Assembly: GCA_964016885.1 (NCBI GenBank)
Contig: OZ024745.1
Location: forward strand, 2,418,001-2,482,000
From: Eledone cirrhosa
Lineage: Eukaryota
DNA: 64,000 nt
Direction of reading: 5' to 3'
Position numbers and translations under genes: made by a program. The notes beneath the pieces were generated by a model. That model saw nothing but the letters and a program-made list of their open reading frames with translations. It did no database searches and had not been told where the DNA came from. Below are positions 11,859 through 28,740 of the stretch, one piece after another. How positions within the stretch are numbered: the stretch's first letter is position 1; each line of letters begins with the position of its first letter.

Positions 11859-13240
11859 TAGATAGATAGATAGATATATAGATATAGATATAGATATATA
11901 GATATATATATAGATATATATATAGATATAGATATATATATATAGATATATATATAGATATAGATATATATATATAGATATATATATAGATATAGATATA
12001 TATATATAGATATATATATAGATATAGATATATATATATATATAGATATAGATATATAGATAGATATATAGATATATAGATATATATAGATATAGATATA
12101 GATATATAGATATATATAATGTTCTATTCTGTCTTAAGTAATATATTACATACTTGAATAATACATTATTTTCAAATATTGATTTTTTCCTATGTTGAGT
12201 GAGGATCCTTTAAAATCACGAAATCTAAAACAAATACTGTGGTACTGACATCACACTCTTAATGTGTGTGTCTGTGTATGTGTGCGTGTGTCTGTGTGTG
12301 TGTTTGTGTCTGTGTGTCTGTGTGTGTGTGTCTGTGTGTGTTATGTATGTATTTACCACTATATATATAAATATACATATATATATATATTATTATTACC
12401 ACTTTCAAAGTAAAGGGTGTCATGAATCATACAAAATCAAACATATATCTATGTGTATATATATATGTATACACACGCACACATACACACATATATATAA
12501 GTATATATATATATATAGAGAGAGAGATAGATAGATAGATAGCAGTATATATGTATCGATAAATAGATATCAGTGTATATATATACACACAGTAATCCAT
12601 ATATGATCTGGTATGTCATAACACGTGCTTAATTGTTTCATCTAGCGTTCTTTACAATATATATCCCAATATTTAGACTGTTTCTTAAATATACTCAAAC
12701 ACAAACACTGGCACACTTATTCAACACTATACACACATACGCATATATATATACACATACACACATATATATATATACACACACACGCATATATATATAT
12801 ATACATACACACATATATACACACACACACGCATATATATATATAGATACACACATATATACATACACATACACACATATATACACACACATACAAACAC
12901 ACATATACATACACATACACACATATATATACATACACATACACACATATATACACACATATGCACATATATATACAAACATATACATATATATATACAT
13001 ACATGTACACACACATAATCATACACATACATACTACAATACATACATACCTACATACACACATACATACTACAATACATACATACACACACATACATAC
13101 CACAATACATACATACATACACACACACATACATACTACACTACATACATACATACATACATACATACATACATACATACATACATACATACATACATAC
13201 ATACCACAATACATATGGACATGCGTACTCATCTGCATAC

Positions 13241-13276
<36 letters not shown>

Positions 13277-14086
13277 GCACATTATACACGCGCAAGCACA
13301 CATGCCTGTGTAGGAGATGATAAAAGAAGAGAGAGGCTGAGTGAGATAGATATTGAGAAAGAGAGAGTGGGAGAGATGGAGAGAGAATGAGTGAGAGAGA
13401 TAGGTAGGTAGAGAGAGGGAGAGAAAGCGAGAGATAGGTAGGTAGAGAGAGAGAGAGAAAGCGAGAGAGAGATGGGTAGAGAGAGAGAGAGAGAGCGAGA
13501 GAGCGAGAGAGAGAGAGAAAGAAAGAGAGAGAAAGAGAGAGAGAATGAGAATGAGAGAGAAAGAGAAAGAGAGAGTGAGAAAGAGATGGAGAGAGAAAGA
13601 GAAGAGAGATAGGTAGTGAGAGAGGGGGGCGTGTGATATGCTGGTTTTGCTGCACCAATGCAACAAGCAGATGATGTATGCCAGCTAGTTTAGACACCAA
13701 TTCATTTTAGGGCTTCTGGCACTCTCATTCTTGTTGTTGTTGCTGTTGCTGCAATTGTGGTTGCAGTTGTAGATGCTGCTGCTAGTTGACGGTGCTAGCT
13801 GCTGCATCTCTGTCTAAAAATACATCGATATTTAAAGGTAGATTGAAAAATAGAAAATTAACGAGCTCACTCGTTTATGCGCGCACCAGAATAGCAATAG
13901 CAATTTTGTAGACAGACACAAACAGGCATTATGTAGAGTTTCTACGTCTGTATGTCTGTATAGCTGTATGTCTCTATGTCTGTGTGTCTGTATAGCTGTA
14001 TAGCTGTGTGTCTGTACGTCTGTATGCGTATATATTTGTATGTGTGCGTACGCGCGTTTGCGTATATATGCATGCATATAGGTATG

Positions 14087-14175
<89 letters not shown>

Positions 14176-14351
14176 AGAAAGAGAGATGGATAGATAGATA
14201 GATAGTATGTGGTACTGGGACCGGGAAGACCACAAATCAAAGAAGTACTCGATACATGGAGTTACAGAGTAGATGTATTAGTTAAAGCAGAGGATCTACC
14301 GTGAGTTCGGCGATTTCAACTAGTCACCTCGCGGTAGATCCTCTACCTTTA

Positions 14352-14453
<102 letters not shown>

Positions 14454-14907
14454 GCGAGAATCGCATTTCGGCGGGTAGAAAAGGCGAAACGAAACGCAAA
14501 AATCAGAAATAATGTTGGCAAGCGCTCCATAGTTAAAAAACCTGAGCTAAACAATATGTTAAGACGCCATACAAAACTGAAAAAGTGGTCAAGAAAGCAT
14601 CAACCACCTAAGCCAAAAAGCAAATCAAGCTAAACAGGTCAAAACAAAATAAATGATAATAAAAAACAGGCCTGGACCCATTGGAATTGATGTTAAAATC
14701 CAAATGCAGGGTTTCTATGACACTTAAATCAAAATACTGTCTGCTTAAAATTATAAGCTTTAGGTATAATGATCGAACAAGGAATATCACGTTATCAACA
14801 GGTATTTTGCTCTGTACCAAATTTGTGAATGACACAGAGCCGCGTAAAAGCACATGTAGAATTCACAAGGGGAAAAAACCCCAGATTTTGGCAAATGAAT
14901 TCAGTAT

Positions 14908-14983
<76 letters not shown>

Positions 14984-15448
14984 TGAATACATATGAAAAT
15001 TAAAAAACTCATCGCTAGAACTGCCGTTAAAACAACTGAATGCTCTCAAAGACAGCGATGGGCAAAAATGCCTCATAAAACAGCAGCCAGTGGTCAACAG
15101 AGAGACAATCCACAAGGTGGGTGCAGGTAGATGAAATATAATACCTCAGAGGACAGAGACCAGCAGCCTGTGGTCAACAGAGAGACAGACCACAAGGTGG
15201 GTGACAGATGAAATATAGAAAAGATTGAAAGAGGAGGAAGACAAGGAGAAGTGCACTGACACTTAGAAGTTACTGGAAGAAAGAAATAAAGAAAGGCGTT
15301 GTCAAGACAAGTTTACACACATCTTCATCCTCATCAGCTCTCAAACCAGCAAAATGGTTTCGCACGATTTAACGGAGAGTACCATTTTAAAAAGCTGGAT
15401 CATGCAACAAAAAAATAAGTATTTCTGCTGGTAGAAACAACAGCTTGA

Positions 15449-18194
15449 GTGGAAAGAAACTGCCTATTTAAAATTACTACTTGGGACAACATCAATGAAC
15501 TAATATTCATGCAAGATGAGGCCTCATCTCATTTTGTACGCACTGTTCGTGAACGGCTTGCTGTCAGATTTCCAGAACGTTGGCTGTGTTGTCGTGATTC
15601 ACATAAATGGCCAGCAACAAGCCATGATATAGCGCCATGTTTGACCAGCAAGAAGCCATGATATAACGCCATCTTCGGCCAGCAACAAGCCATGCTATAA
15701 CGCCATGTTTGGCCAGCAAGAAGCCATGATATAACGCCATGTTTGGCCAGCAAGAAGCCATGCTATAACGCCATGTTTGGCCAGCAAGAAGCCATGATAT
15801 AACGCCATGTTTGGCCAGCAAGAAGCCATGATATAACGCCATGTTTGGCCAGCAAGAAGCCATGCTATAACGCCATGTTTGGCCAGCAAGAAGCCATGAT
15901 ATAACGCCATGTTTGGCCAGCAAGAAGCCATGATATAACGCCATGTTTGGCCAGCAAGGAGCCATGATATAGCGCCATGTTTGGCCAGCAAGAAGCCATG
16001 CTATAACGCCATGTTTGGCCAGCAAGAAGCCATGATATAACGCCATGTTTGACCAGCAAGAAGCCATGATATAACGCCATGTTCGGCCAGCAACAAGCCA
16101 TGCTATAACGCCATGTTTGGCCAGCAAGAAGCCATGATATAACGCCATGTTTGACCAGCAAGAAGCCATGATATAACGCCATGTTTGGCCAGCAAGAAGC
16201 CATGCTATAACGCCATCTTCGGCCAGCAACAAGCCATGCTATAACGCCATGTTTGGCCAGCAAGAAGCTATGATATAACGCCATGTTTGGCCAGCAAGGA
16301 GCCATGATATAACGCCATGTTTGACCAGCAAGAAGCCATGATATAACGCCATGTTTGGCCAGCAAGGAGCCATGCTATAACGCCATGTTTGGCCAGCAAG
16401 AAGCTATGATATAACGCCATGTTTGGCCAGCAACAAACCATGATATAACGCCATGTTTGGCCAGCAAGAAGCTATGATATAACGCCATGTTTGGCCAGCA
16501 AGGAGCCATGATATAACGCCATGTTTGGCCAGCAAGAAGCTATGATATAACGCCATGTTTGGCCAGCAAGGAGCCATGATATAACGCCATGTTTGGCCAG
16601 CAAGAAGCTATGATATAACGCCATGTTTGGCCAGCAAGGAGCCATGATATAACGCCATGTTTGGCCAGCAACAAGCTATGATATAACGCCCTGTTCGGCC
16701 AGCAACAAGCCATGATATAACGCCATCTTCGGCCAGCTACAAGCCATGCTATAACGCCATGTTTGGCCAGCAAGAAGCCATGATATAACGCCATGTTTGG
16801 CCAGCAAGAAGCCATGATATAACGCCATGTTTGGCCAGCAAGAAGCCATGATATAACGCCATGTTTGGCCAGCAAGAAGCCATGCTATAACGCCATGTTT
16901 GGCCAGCAACAAGCTATGATGTAACGCCCTGTTCGGCCATCAAGAAGCCATGATATAACGCCATGTTTGGCCAGCAAGAAGCCATGATATAACGCCATGT
17001 TTGGCCAGCAACAAGCCATGCTATAACGCCATGTTTGGCCAGCAACAAGCTATGATGTAACGCCCTGTTCGGCCAGCAAGAAGCCATGCTATAACGCCAT
17101 GTTTGGCCAGCAAGAAGCCATGATATAACGCCATGTTTGGCCAGCAACAAGCCATGCTATAACGCCATGTTTGGCCAGCAACAAGCTATGATGTAACGCC
17201 CTGTTCGGCCAGCAAGAAGCCATGATATAACGCCATCTTCGGCCAGCAACAAGCCATGATATAACGCCATGTTTGGCCAGCAACAAGCCATGCTATAACG
17301 CCATGTTTGGCCAGCAACAAGCTATGATGTAACGCCCTGTTCGGCCAGCAAGTAGCCATGATATAACGCCATGTTTGGCCAGCAAGAAGCCATGATATAA
17401 CGCCATGTTTGGCCAGCAACAAGCCATGATATAACGCCATGTTTGGCCAGCAACAAGCTATGATGTAACGCCCTGTTCGGACACCAAGAAGCCATGCTAT
17501 AACGCCATGTTTGGCCAGCAAGAAGCCATGATATAACGCCATGTTTGGCCAGCAAGAAGCCATGCTATAACGCCATGTTTGGCCAGCAACAAGCCATGAT
17601 ATAACGCCATGTTTGGCCAGCAAGAAGCCATGATATAACGCCATGTTTGGCCAGCAACAAGCCATGATATAACGCCATGTTTGACCAGCAACAAGCCATG
17701 CTATAACGCCATGTTTCACCAGCAACAAGCCATGCTATAACGCCATGTTTGGCCAGCAACAAGCCATGATATAACGCCATGTTTGGCCAGCAACAAGCCA
17801 TGATATAACGCCATGTTTGGCCAGCAACAAGCCATGATATAACGCCATGTTTGACCAGCAACAAGCCATGATATAACGCCCTGTTTTCTTGTGGGGTGGG
17901 TAAAGAAAGAAGTTTATAGCTTAAAACCAAAACCTCTGACTCAATTGGAGGAACACATTCGTCATGTCCTGACCAACATGACACCTAAGTTCCCGTTAAT
18001 CAATGATATACCCAGATAATTACAAACACTGGTGGACAACACTGGTGCCTACCTCCTAAAATTGTAACTTTCTACTATTCTTCTATCATTATATTGTCCA
18101 AAATAAAACGCATTTTTATGAAAATTGACCAATAATTAATAAAATTATTAACAAGTTAACAATTTTAAGTAGGGAGTTTCTTTCCACCAACCCC

Positions 18195-18197
<3 letters not shown>
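15449..18197 (+). mobile_element. Internally deleted Tc1/mariner-superfamily DNA transposon, split by a minisatellite
   Basis: TIRs GTGGAAAGAAACTGCCTATTTAAAATT / AATTTTAAGTAGGGAGTTTCTTTCCACCAACCCCG-TA; transposase FMQDEASSHF..VR..L..RFPERW...WPATSHDIAPC before the array and FLVGWVKKEVYSLKP after it. Confidence 0.8.
15608..17885 (+). repeat. 34-bp minisatellite, ~67 copies (TGGCCAGCAAGAAGCCATGATATAACGCCATGTT)
   Basis: Direct tandem repetition. Confidence 0.97.
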
Positions 18198-18230
<33 letters not shown>

Positions 18231-18330
18231 GTGTGTGTGTGGGTGTGTGTGTGTATGTGTGTGTGTGTGTTTCTCTGTGTGTGTTTGTGTGCATTTGTGT
18301 ATACGTGTGTGTTTGTATATACGTGCATAC

Positions 18331-18389
<59 letters not shown>

Positions 18390-18390
18390 C

Positions 18391-18514
<124 letters not shown>

Positions 18515-18515
18515 C

Positions 18516-18553
<38 letters not shown>

Positions 18554-18827
18554 CAGGGAGTGTAACTTGGAGTTACTGTAGGTTCACCCGGGAGAGCACT
18601 CGATGTTTAGGTTCACTAAGTGTGGAGGTGTAGAGCTAGACAGAGTGTAGTATAGTGAAAGGATAACAAGGACGATTGGTTACTCCTTCATTACATTTAT
18701 TGGTTTCGCCACTGATCAGCTCAAGGTCCGATCTGTATCGATCTGACCCGACTCTGTAATCCGCGGCCAGTCAGACCCCTTATAATGGTAATGGAAAAAT
18801 GAATAATGTATATATATATAAAGTGTA

Positions 18828-19031
18828 GGCGTGTGGCTGATTGGTTATAGAACTGGATTCGCAATCGTGGGATTGTCAGTTCGATTCCTGGACCGGGCGA
18901 TCCATTATGTCCTTGAGCAAGACACTTTATTTCACATTGTTCCTTCTATCTGGAGTTGCGATAGTACTAGCAATTGGAAAGACCAACGGAAACATTGTTT
19001 CCTCGGTCCGATTTGACGAAAGTCGATCGAC
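18828..19031 (+). mobile_element. tRNA-derived CORE-like SINE
   Basis: tRNA-like head and TGTCCTTGAGCAAGACACTT CORE-type motif. Confidence 0.8.
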
Positions 19032-19039
19032 ATAAATAA

Positions 19040-19100
<61 letters not shown>

Positions 19101-19175
19101 ATATATAAACATATATATATATATGTGTGTGTCTGTGTGTGTGTGTTTGTGTGTGTGCGTGTGTAGAGAGACAGA

Positions 19176-19224
<49 letters not shown>

Positions 19225-19322
19225 AGAATGAAATTGATTTGATTAATAACTTATTTATCATGCATTTAAATACATATTTATATATTTGTATGTATACACA
19301 TGCAGCGCACCCATAATTGCAG

Positions 19323-19393
<71 letters not shown>

Positions 19394-19409
19394 TACACAC
19401 ACGCCCACC

Positions 19410-19441
<32 letters not shown>

Positions 19442-20030
19442 TACACACATGTAACATGCATCACATATAACACACACACACACACACACATACACACACA
19501 CATGTAACATTCATCACACACACATGTAACATGCATCACACACACATGTAACATGCATCACACACCCATGTAACATGCATCACACACACATGTAACATGC
19601 ACCACACACACAAATAACACACACACACACACATGTAACATCATACATATAACGTACGAGAAATGTGGAAATAGGTCGAAGCTCTAAAACGGTTTCCTTG
19701 CAATCGATAAAGAAGGAAGAAGAGAAAGAAGGAAGAAGATAAAGAAGGAAGAAGATAAAGAAGGAAGAAGAGAAAGAAGGTAACGATCAATAAAAGGTTG
19801 ATATGCAATATTACCAATTTGACAATAATGTTGACCTAAAAGACAAGTCTTCCATAGCTATTGATGACAGACATGCGCAGTACTTATATCTCTCCATGTC
19901 TCACATAATCTCGTCGTGCGGGGCTGATTATTATGTGGAGGCCAACTCTTCAGGTTAATAAACGTCAAAGATTGTCTAAATTACTGTAAATGAGAGTTCC
20001 AGGGGGAAGAGGGTTAAAATGTAGGTACGG

Positions 20031-20464
20031 ACACTCACACTACCACTCTCACTACCACTACCACTACCACTCACACTACCACTCACACTACCACTCATAC
20101 TACCACTCACACTGACACACCCACTCTACCACCCACTCTACCACTCACACTACCACTCACACTACCACTCACACTACCATTCTCACTACCACTCACACTA
20201 CCACTCACACTACCACTCACACTACCACTTACACTACCACTCACACTACCACTCATACTACCACTCATACTACCACTCACACTGACACGCCCACTCTACC
20301 ACCCACTCTACCACTCACACTACCACTCACACTACCACTCACACTACCATTCTCACTACCACTCACACTACCACTCACACTACCACTCACACTACCACTC
20401 ACACTACCACTCACACTACCACTCACACTACCACTCATACTACCACTCATACTACCACTCACAC
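20031..20464 (+). repeat. 12-bp minisatellite (ACTACCACTCAC)n with an internal 168-bp duplication
   Basis: Direct repetition; marker ACTGACAC at ~20111 and ~20281. Confidence 0.9.
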
Positions 20465-20790
20465 TGAATTAAGTGCAAAAATTGCAGGAGCTGGTGCAGT
20501 AATACGCCAGCTCCAGCATTTGGTAACCAGAAGAAGGGAGGCAGGTGTAAAAGCCAAACTCGCTATCTTCGTGCCAACCTTTACCTATGGCCATTTAAAA
20601 TAACCTTTACCTATGGCCATTTAAAATAAAGAATACGATCGCGAATACAAGCGGCCAAAATAGGATTCCTCCAAAAGGTGTTAGGAGTAACATTACTCGA
20701 TATAGTGCGTAGCTCTGAGATGAGAGAGTCACTCCAGGTAGAGGCGCTACTTCTCCGAATTGAACGATCAGACCTCCAGTACAATAGACA
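20465..20790 (+). pseudogene. Degraded fragment of a second RTE-type LINE
   Basis: KAKLAIF..PTFTYG, RIRSRIQAAKIGFLQKVLGVTLLDIVRSSEMRESLQVEALLLRIERS. Confidence 0.7.
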
Positions 20791-20943
20791 TTTGTTTTCT
20801 AAAAAAATAAATCATACACAAAACGCCAGCGCCAACAGTTTTGCAAGAGATGTCAACATGAATGGACCTGTCATTTTTATCTAAAGACATTTCTTCCAAT
20901 TCCATCCCGCCCGTCCCCTCAATCTATTTTATTTCTCATTCTT

Positions 20944-20979
20944 TCTTCTGATGAAGGACTAGTGTCCTAAACGTTAAGA
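20944..20979 (+). ncRNA. Degenerate minimal hammerhead (G12U)
   Basis: TCTT-CTGATGA-A-GGAC tagt GTCC-TAAAC-GT-T-AAGA. Confidence 0.5.
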
Positions 20980-21219
20980 CCCTCTACCTGCTATATCAAG
21001 CGTTAACCTAATATATACCTTCCATATACTGTACCGATTGTTGTTATTTCTGTTTACCTTTTACATACATATCTATATATATATATATCAACGCTTACGT
21101 GGACCTCTCAAAATTCGTTTGATTTTCTGATCGGACTTTCACCTCGAAACTGATACCAACCCGGAGTACACCTGAACTTCCACCAGGAAATCTTTCGTAT
21201 CTTTGAAATTTTCTTTGCT

Positions 21220-21307
<88 letters not shown>

Positions 21308-21705
21308 CAATAATATATATCGATAATATATATCAATAATATACAAAGTTATGTATGCTTCCGTCTGATTTCATACCGGAACAGGTCATTTTATTGGAAA
21401 TGATGCTCATTTCTATTGTTCGACATTTATCAGTCTTTGATGTTTTTACAGGGCTGATCGATACATGAAAGATGACAAAAACAAAACAAAATTGCATATA
21501 ATTAGTGAGTAGATAAAATAGACAAATGGAGGCAATAATTTTTCAGTTATCTCCCATAAAATTACCTCTTCCGGTGTGAGACCAGATGACAGTCTACGTA
21601 ATGTTGTGTAGTATCGTTATTATGTAACAACGTAGCTCGTAGCTCTTCTACTATTAGATCTCTCTCTCTCTCTGTGGTGGATTATTACGCTGCACATACA
21701 CATAC

Positions 21706-21738
<33 letters not shown>

Positions 21739-21752
21739 TACACACACACACA

Positions 21753-21836
<84 letters not shown>

Positions 21837-21846
21837 CACACACAAG

Positions 21847-21906
<60 letters not shown>

Positions 21907-22164
21907 TATAACGAAGGAAGTGTGGTAAGGAATCAGGTGGACCATAGCGCACCAGAGTACTCAATACTTAGGGTAGTGGAGCGGGTAATAGGAAAATGTT
22001 CAAGACCCCGACGGAGTATATATGGAGTAAATCTTGTTCTTTTTACGATGTTGCATCTAGTAGTTAGATAACTCAGGGAGACATTCAGTTAAATTATACC
22101 AGACTCTTAAAAAAGCAAAACAAAGACATGGATAGTGTAGTCCTAGGTACACAGTGATAAAAAT

Positions 22165-22500
22165 GATTTGTCTAAACATTGCGTCTTTTCTGTGTGTAGA
22201 TTCTATTTTTATTTCTATGTTCTCTAATTTACCCTTATGTTCTATTTTTGCATGTTGGTGGAGTACAGATGATTCTTTACTATCTTGAAGCTCTCGCCAG
22301 TGTTCATTTATCCGTTCCCCTATACTACGAGCTGTCTCACCTATGTACACTATATGTTTATCTCTGCATTGTCCTTCAGTACATCTTATGCTATACACTA
22401 CATTTCTAGTTTTACAGTTAATATGGGGGCTTAATTTACAGATTATACATTTCTTATCTATACAGGGAGGTCTTTGAAAATGGTATGTATTGCTAATAAG
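22165..22500 (-). pseudogene. PLE Cys-rich linker and GIY-YIG endonuclease (disrupted after KDAMFRQI)
   Basis: PPCIDKKCIICK...CKTRNVVYSIRCTEGQC...VYIGETARSIGERINEH. Confidence 0.85.
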
Positions 22501-22776
22501 TGTTTTTATGGAGGTACCTGGTCTTTCTACTATCTTAATATTGAGTTTATGTTTATCTAGGGCCCTTCTAAATTTTTAAGCTAATTCACCTCTAGGGGTT
22601 GTATCGATGAACATTACACTCTGGTATTTATTGCTATCATACCATGAGTTTATTCTATTAACCTTATTCCTATTTCTTTCTATTCTATACCAAAACTTGC
22701 TCCTATACAAGGGGCAGGTCCCATTTGTATCATTATTTACCATTTTTTCCCATTTCGTTCTGGCTCCTCTATATAC

Positions 22777-23442
22777 TCAGATTTTATCTCTCTGATTGTA
22801 ACCAGAGAACTGCATACGGTGGATGAAGTGTTGTATGTGTCTCTCTAGTTCTTTGGGGTTGCACATGCAGGACACGTTTCTCATCACCCGTACCAAATCC
22901 GCAATCAGTATGTTGATTTTGGTATGGTCCGAAACAGCTGAGTTTCGGTGGATCAGATATTTGGAAGTCATGGGTTTGGCATAATGGGAATGGAGGATTT
23001 GTTTTTTGTTATTAATGGTATCTAACCAGAGCTCTGTGTCTAGTACAGATAATCGATGGTCGGGGTGTTTGCTTGGGTAGTCTATAGTAACTCTAATACT
23101 CTGGTGGATGGAGTTAGCTATTTGCTGGATGCTTTCCATGGTGTTTTTCTCTAATTCCTGACTGTTCTCTAGTGGGGGTGTCTTAACTACGATGTTTATA
23201 TCATCAACGTAGCAGGAGTACATTATCAGGGTTAAGAGGTTGCTGTCTTCTAATTGTTCTTTAAGTTTAAGTTTAAGTCTATTTCCCCACCATACCATGA
23301 ATAGGTTAGCTATGTCACCTGCAATGCTAACACCAATGGCTGCTCCCTCCTCTTGGGTATATGTTTTTCCATTAAATTTGAACATATGTTCCTTAAGGGT
23401 TAATTTTATACTGGCCCCCACCGGATGTGCAATCATTTTCAT
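22777..23442 (-). pseudogene. PLE reverse transcriptase fragment
   Basis: FKFNGKTYTQEEGAAIG..IANLFM, YVDDI, LSVLD, HYAKP, SGY motifs. Confidence 0.85.
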
Positions 23443-23452
23443 TTCAGAAACG

Positions 23453-23518
<66 letters not shown>

Positions 23519-23617
23519 TAATAAATGAACAGAGAACAGAGAGGCAGTACAAATGATATCAGTATTAGTTTCACGTTTGAGAGTGGAAGACAGAGATGAT
23601 ATGAGAGACAGAGACGA

Positions 23618-23718
<101 letters not shown>

Positions 23719-23767
23719 AGAAGGAATGGTGGACAACTTACTCTATATACGTGAAAAACAGAGCTGA

Positions 23768-23847
<80 letters not shown>

Positions 23848-24111
23848 AAGAGAGGAGGAATGGTGGACAATTCTATAGACGTGAAAGACAGAATAAAAGA
23901 AAATGATGCAACAAGTTATTCCAGTTGGAATTTGGATGTAAACTAATTATTGTCTAAACTTAAAGAGAATATAAATTATCGATTTGATAAATATAATTCT
24001 CGATGAAATAATGAATATTCACTTGTAGATAAGCACATATACAAACATATATATATATTTTTCATTTATATATACATATATATATATAAGTGAAAAGTAT
24101 ATATATATGTT

Positions 24112-24171
<60 letters not shown>

Positions 24172-24181
24172 AAACTATATT

Positions 24182-24246
24182 TATTTCATTATACATATTT
24201 CAAGGACACCAAAGCAAATTATGGTGCGCTTTCATCAGATAAAATA
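24182..24246 (-). ncRNA. Type I hammerhead ribozyme
   Basis: TATTTTAT-CTGATGA-AAGCGCACCA...TGGTGTCCTT-GAAA-TATGTA-TA-ATGAAATA; same family as 41811-41876. Confidence 0.7.
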
Positions 24247-24419
24247 TAATATAGATCAGTTTTATAAACAAATATTGACATACCCTTAAAGAATGCGACC
24301 ATGTCTGTTGCAAGTTCCCGGGTAGTGGGGTTACTAATGTTATTATTGGTCTATTATGCAAATTAGTGTCGGAGAGGTTTAAATCCCATACATTTAAATT
24401 AAGCCGTTGGAATAGGGAA

Positions 24420-26760
<2,341 letters not shown>

Positions 26761-27411
26761 TGTGTGGTTAATTTAGTCGGTGTTTAACCATACTATATGA
26801 GGAACATATAATAGGTTTATATACACAAAACATATCGCTGCCAAAGAATAATATATTTTTCGTAACGAAAAAAATGAATTTTTCTCTATTTTCCTCTGTG
26901 ACTATATCAGAGAATTACCAGTATGTTTGAGAATGTCAGACAGCGCTATTTCAAGATTTGTTAAACTCTTATCAGTGACACTCTTGCTGGCATGAAATAG
27001 GCCAGAGTGTATATAGAACTTTATGTGATGATCATTTTCTGGCCATACTCATGTGTATATAGCAAATGGAAAACATCGACTGGAAATGTTCATATATATA
27101 TATGAAAGGGTTCAGGACCCCGACGGCTGAGCTCCAGCCGTTTCGACAGCTAGATCCGAACTCATATATATATGTGTAAAAGGTAAACAGAAATAACAAT
27201 ACAATATATATATATATTTATTTATTAAAATAACAGATTAAAGTTTAAGCAAACAATCGCTGCTTTCACCCTTGAAGGGATTTTCTGAAACTAAAAAAAA
27301 ATCAATCTGTGAACGCAGAAGTAAATATTTCGAAAAACGTTGCAACCGTTATCCTTATCGAGCTCTCTTTGGATTTAAGTCTTCACATTTATTATTATTA
27401 CTATATATATG

Positions 27412-27718
27412 TCTATATATATAAAACTGAAGATGTCTGTCTGTGTGTGTGTGAGTTTGAATCCCTAAAACTTGAGAACCACCCAACCGACTGTTTTCAA
27501 ACTTTACACATATAATACTTATGCTTCAGGGAGTGTTTTGAGAAGAAACAAATTCAAATTTTCAATGCCCTAGGGACCGCATTAGGCGATTTAGCGATCT
27601 CTCTCTATAATTCTTAGTCTTTCTCTTTTTAGATAGATACATATAACGTCACGCCCTTATAATATCTGTCTGTATGTCTGCTGTCTGCATTACGTCACTT
27701 CCCTGAGGATGTCTCTCT

Positions 27719-27795
<77 letters not shown>

Positions 27796-28411
27796 TGTGT
27801 GTGTGTGTGTGTGTGTGTGAATCCCTAAAACTCGAGAAGTACCCAACCGACTTTTTTCAATCTTTACATGTGTATTACTTATGTTTCAGGAAGTGTTATG
27901 CACATAAAGAAATTCAACTTTTTGATCCCCTAGGGCCCGCATTAGATGAAAAACTGCGTTTTTTTCAGGTTTTTAGGGGTTTTTTGAGGCGTTACGTCAG
28001 ATCGATTTCCTTGAAATTGTAACTATGTATTAGTCAGTCTCTTCCTCATACTGTGAGCAAATAAAATCCAACTTTTTTTGGCCTAGTGCCCGCATTAAGT
28101 GAAAAACTTCCTTTTTTTTTCAGCTTTTTAGGGCTTTTCTGAGGCGTTACGTCTAGCCGATTTTCCCGAAATTTCAAGACATATGCACATAAAAAAAATT
28201 CATTTTCTTGATCCCCTGAGGCCCGCATTAGGTGAAAACCTGCATTTTTCCTGCTTCATCGAGGAAAATCTTAAAGATTATCCAGCCATCAGAGTTTTCG
28301 GTTTATTTTCTTTACATATTGTCCAGGCATGCAGTTTTTCCACGATTAGGTCTGTAGGCGGCCGGCGTTCCAAAATACCTTATCCCGTGCAACGCCCGGT
28401 ACCACTGCTAG
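27412..28411 (+). mobile_element. Non-autonomous Helitron
   Basis: 5' TCTATATATATAAAA; 3' subterminal hairpin CCGTGC-AAC-GCCCGG then CTAG|T; internal subrepeats; second copy at 61062. Confidence 0.75.
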
Positions 28412-28487
28412 TATATATATATATATATATATATGTAAGTATGTATGTATACGTACATACATATATGTATACAGACGTACAGTAGCA

Positions 28488-28525
<38 letters not shown>

Positions 28526-28695
28526 TATACATATATGCATACAGGTACACATACATATATGCACGCATCAGTTTAGCCGACGTTTATTATAACGCCTGCT
28601 TTGTTCGTTTGTTTGTCAACAAATCGAACAGCCTGAATTTATGCCATACGGTGTTAAGGCAACCACGTCACCTTTTTGTTCAACACTGACACAGG

Positions 28696-28740
28696 AACGA
28701 TGTACTAGTTTCAAGCTTGTTAGCTATCATCAGCACCGTT
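28696..28740 (-). ncRNA. Type I hammerhead ribozyme (canonical core)
   Basis: AACGGTG-CTGATGA-T-AGCT aaca AGCT-T-GAAAC-TA-GT-A-CATCGTT. Confidence 0.85.

Larger units (their letters stand above)
21911..23455 (-). mobile_element. 5'-truncated Penelope-like element (RT plus GIY-YIG endonuclease)
   Basis: See the two ORF remnants; flanked by (TA)n; 21911-22015 is a pLTR-like piece also at 29691-29823 and 36098-36292. Confidence 0.85.

Noticed and set aside
15608-17885. 34-bp array as a CRISPR locus
   Set aside because: No spacers, no cas genes, eukaryotic context; the unit derives from a transposase
27245-27290. HHR-like motif on the minus strand (CAGAAAA-T-CCCT/AGGG-T-GAAAG)
   Set aside because: Several core mismatches and no convincing stem I
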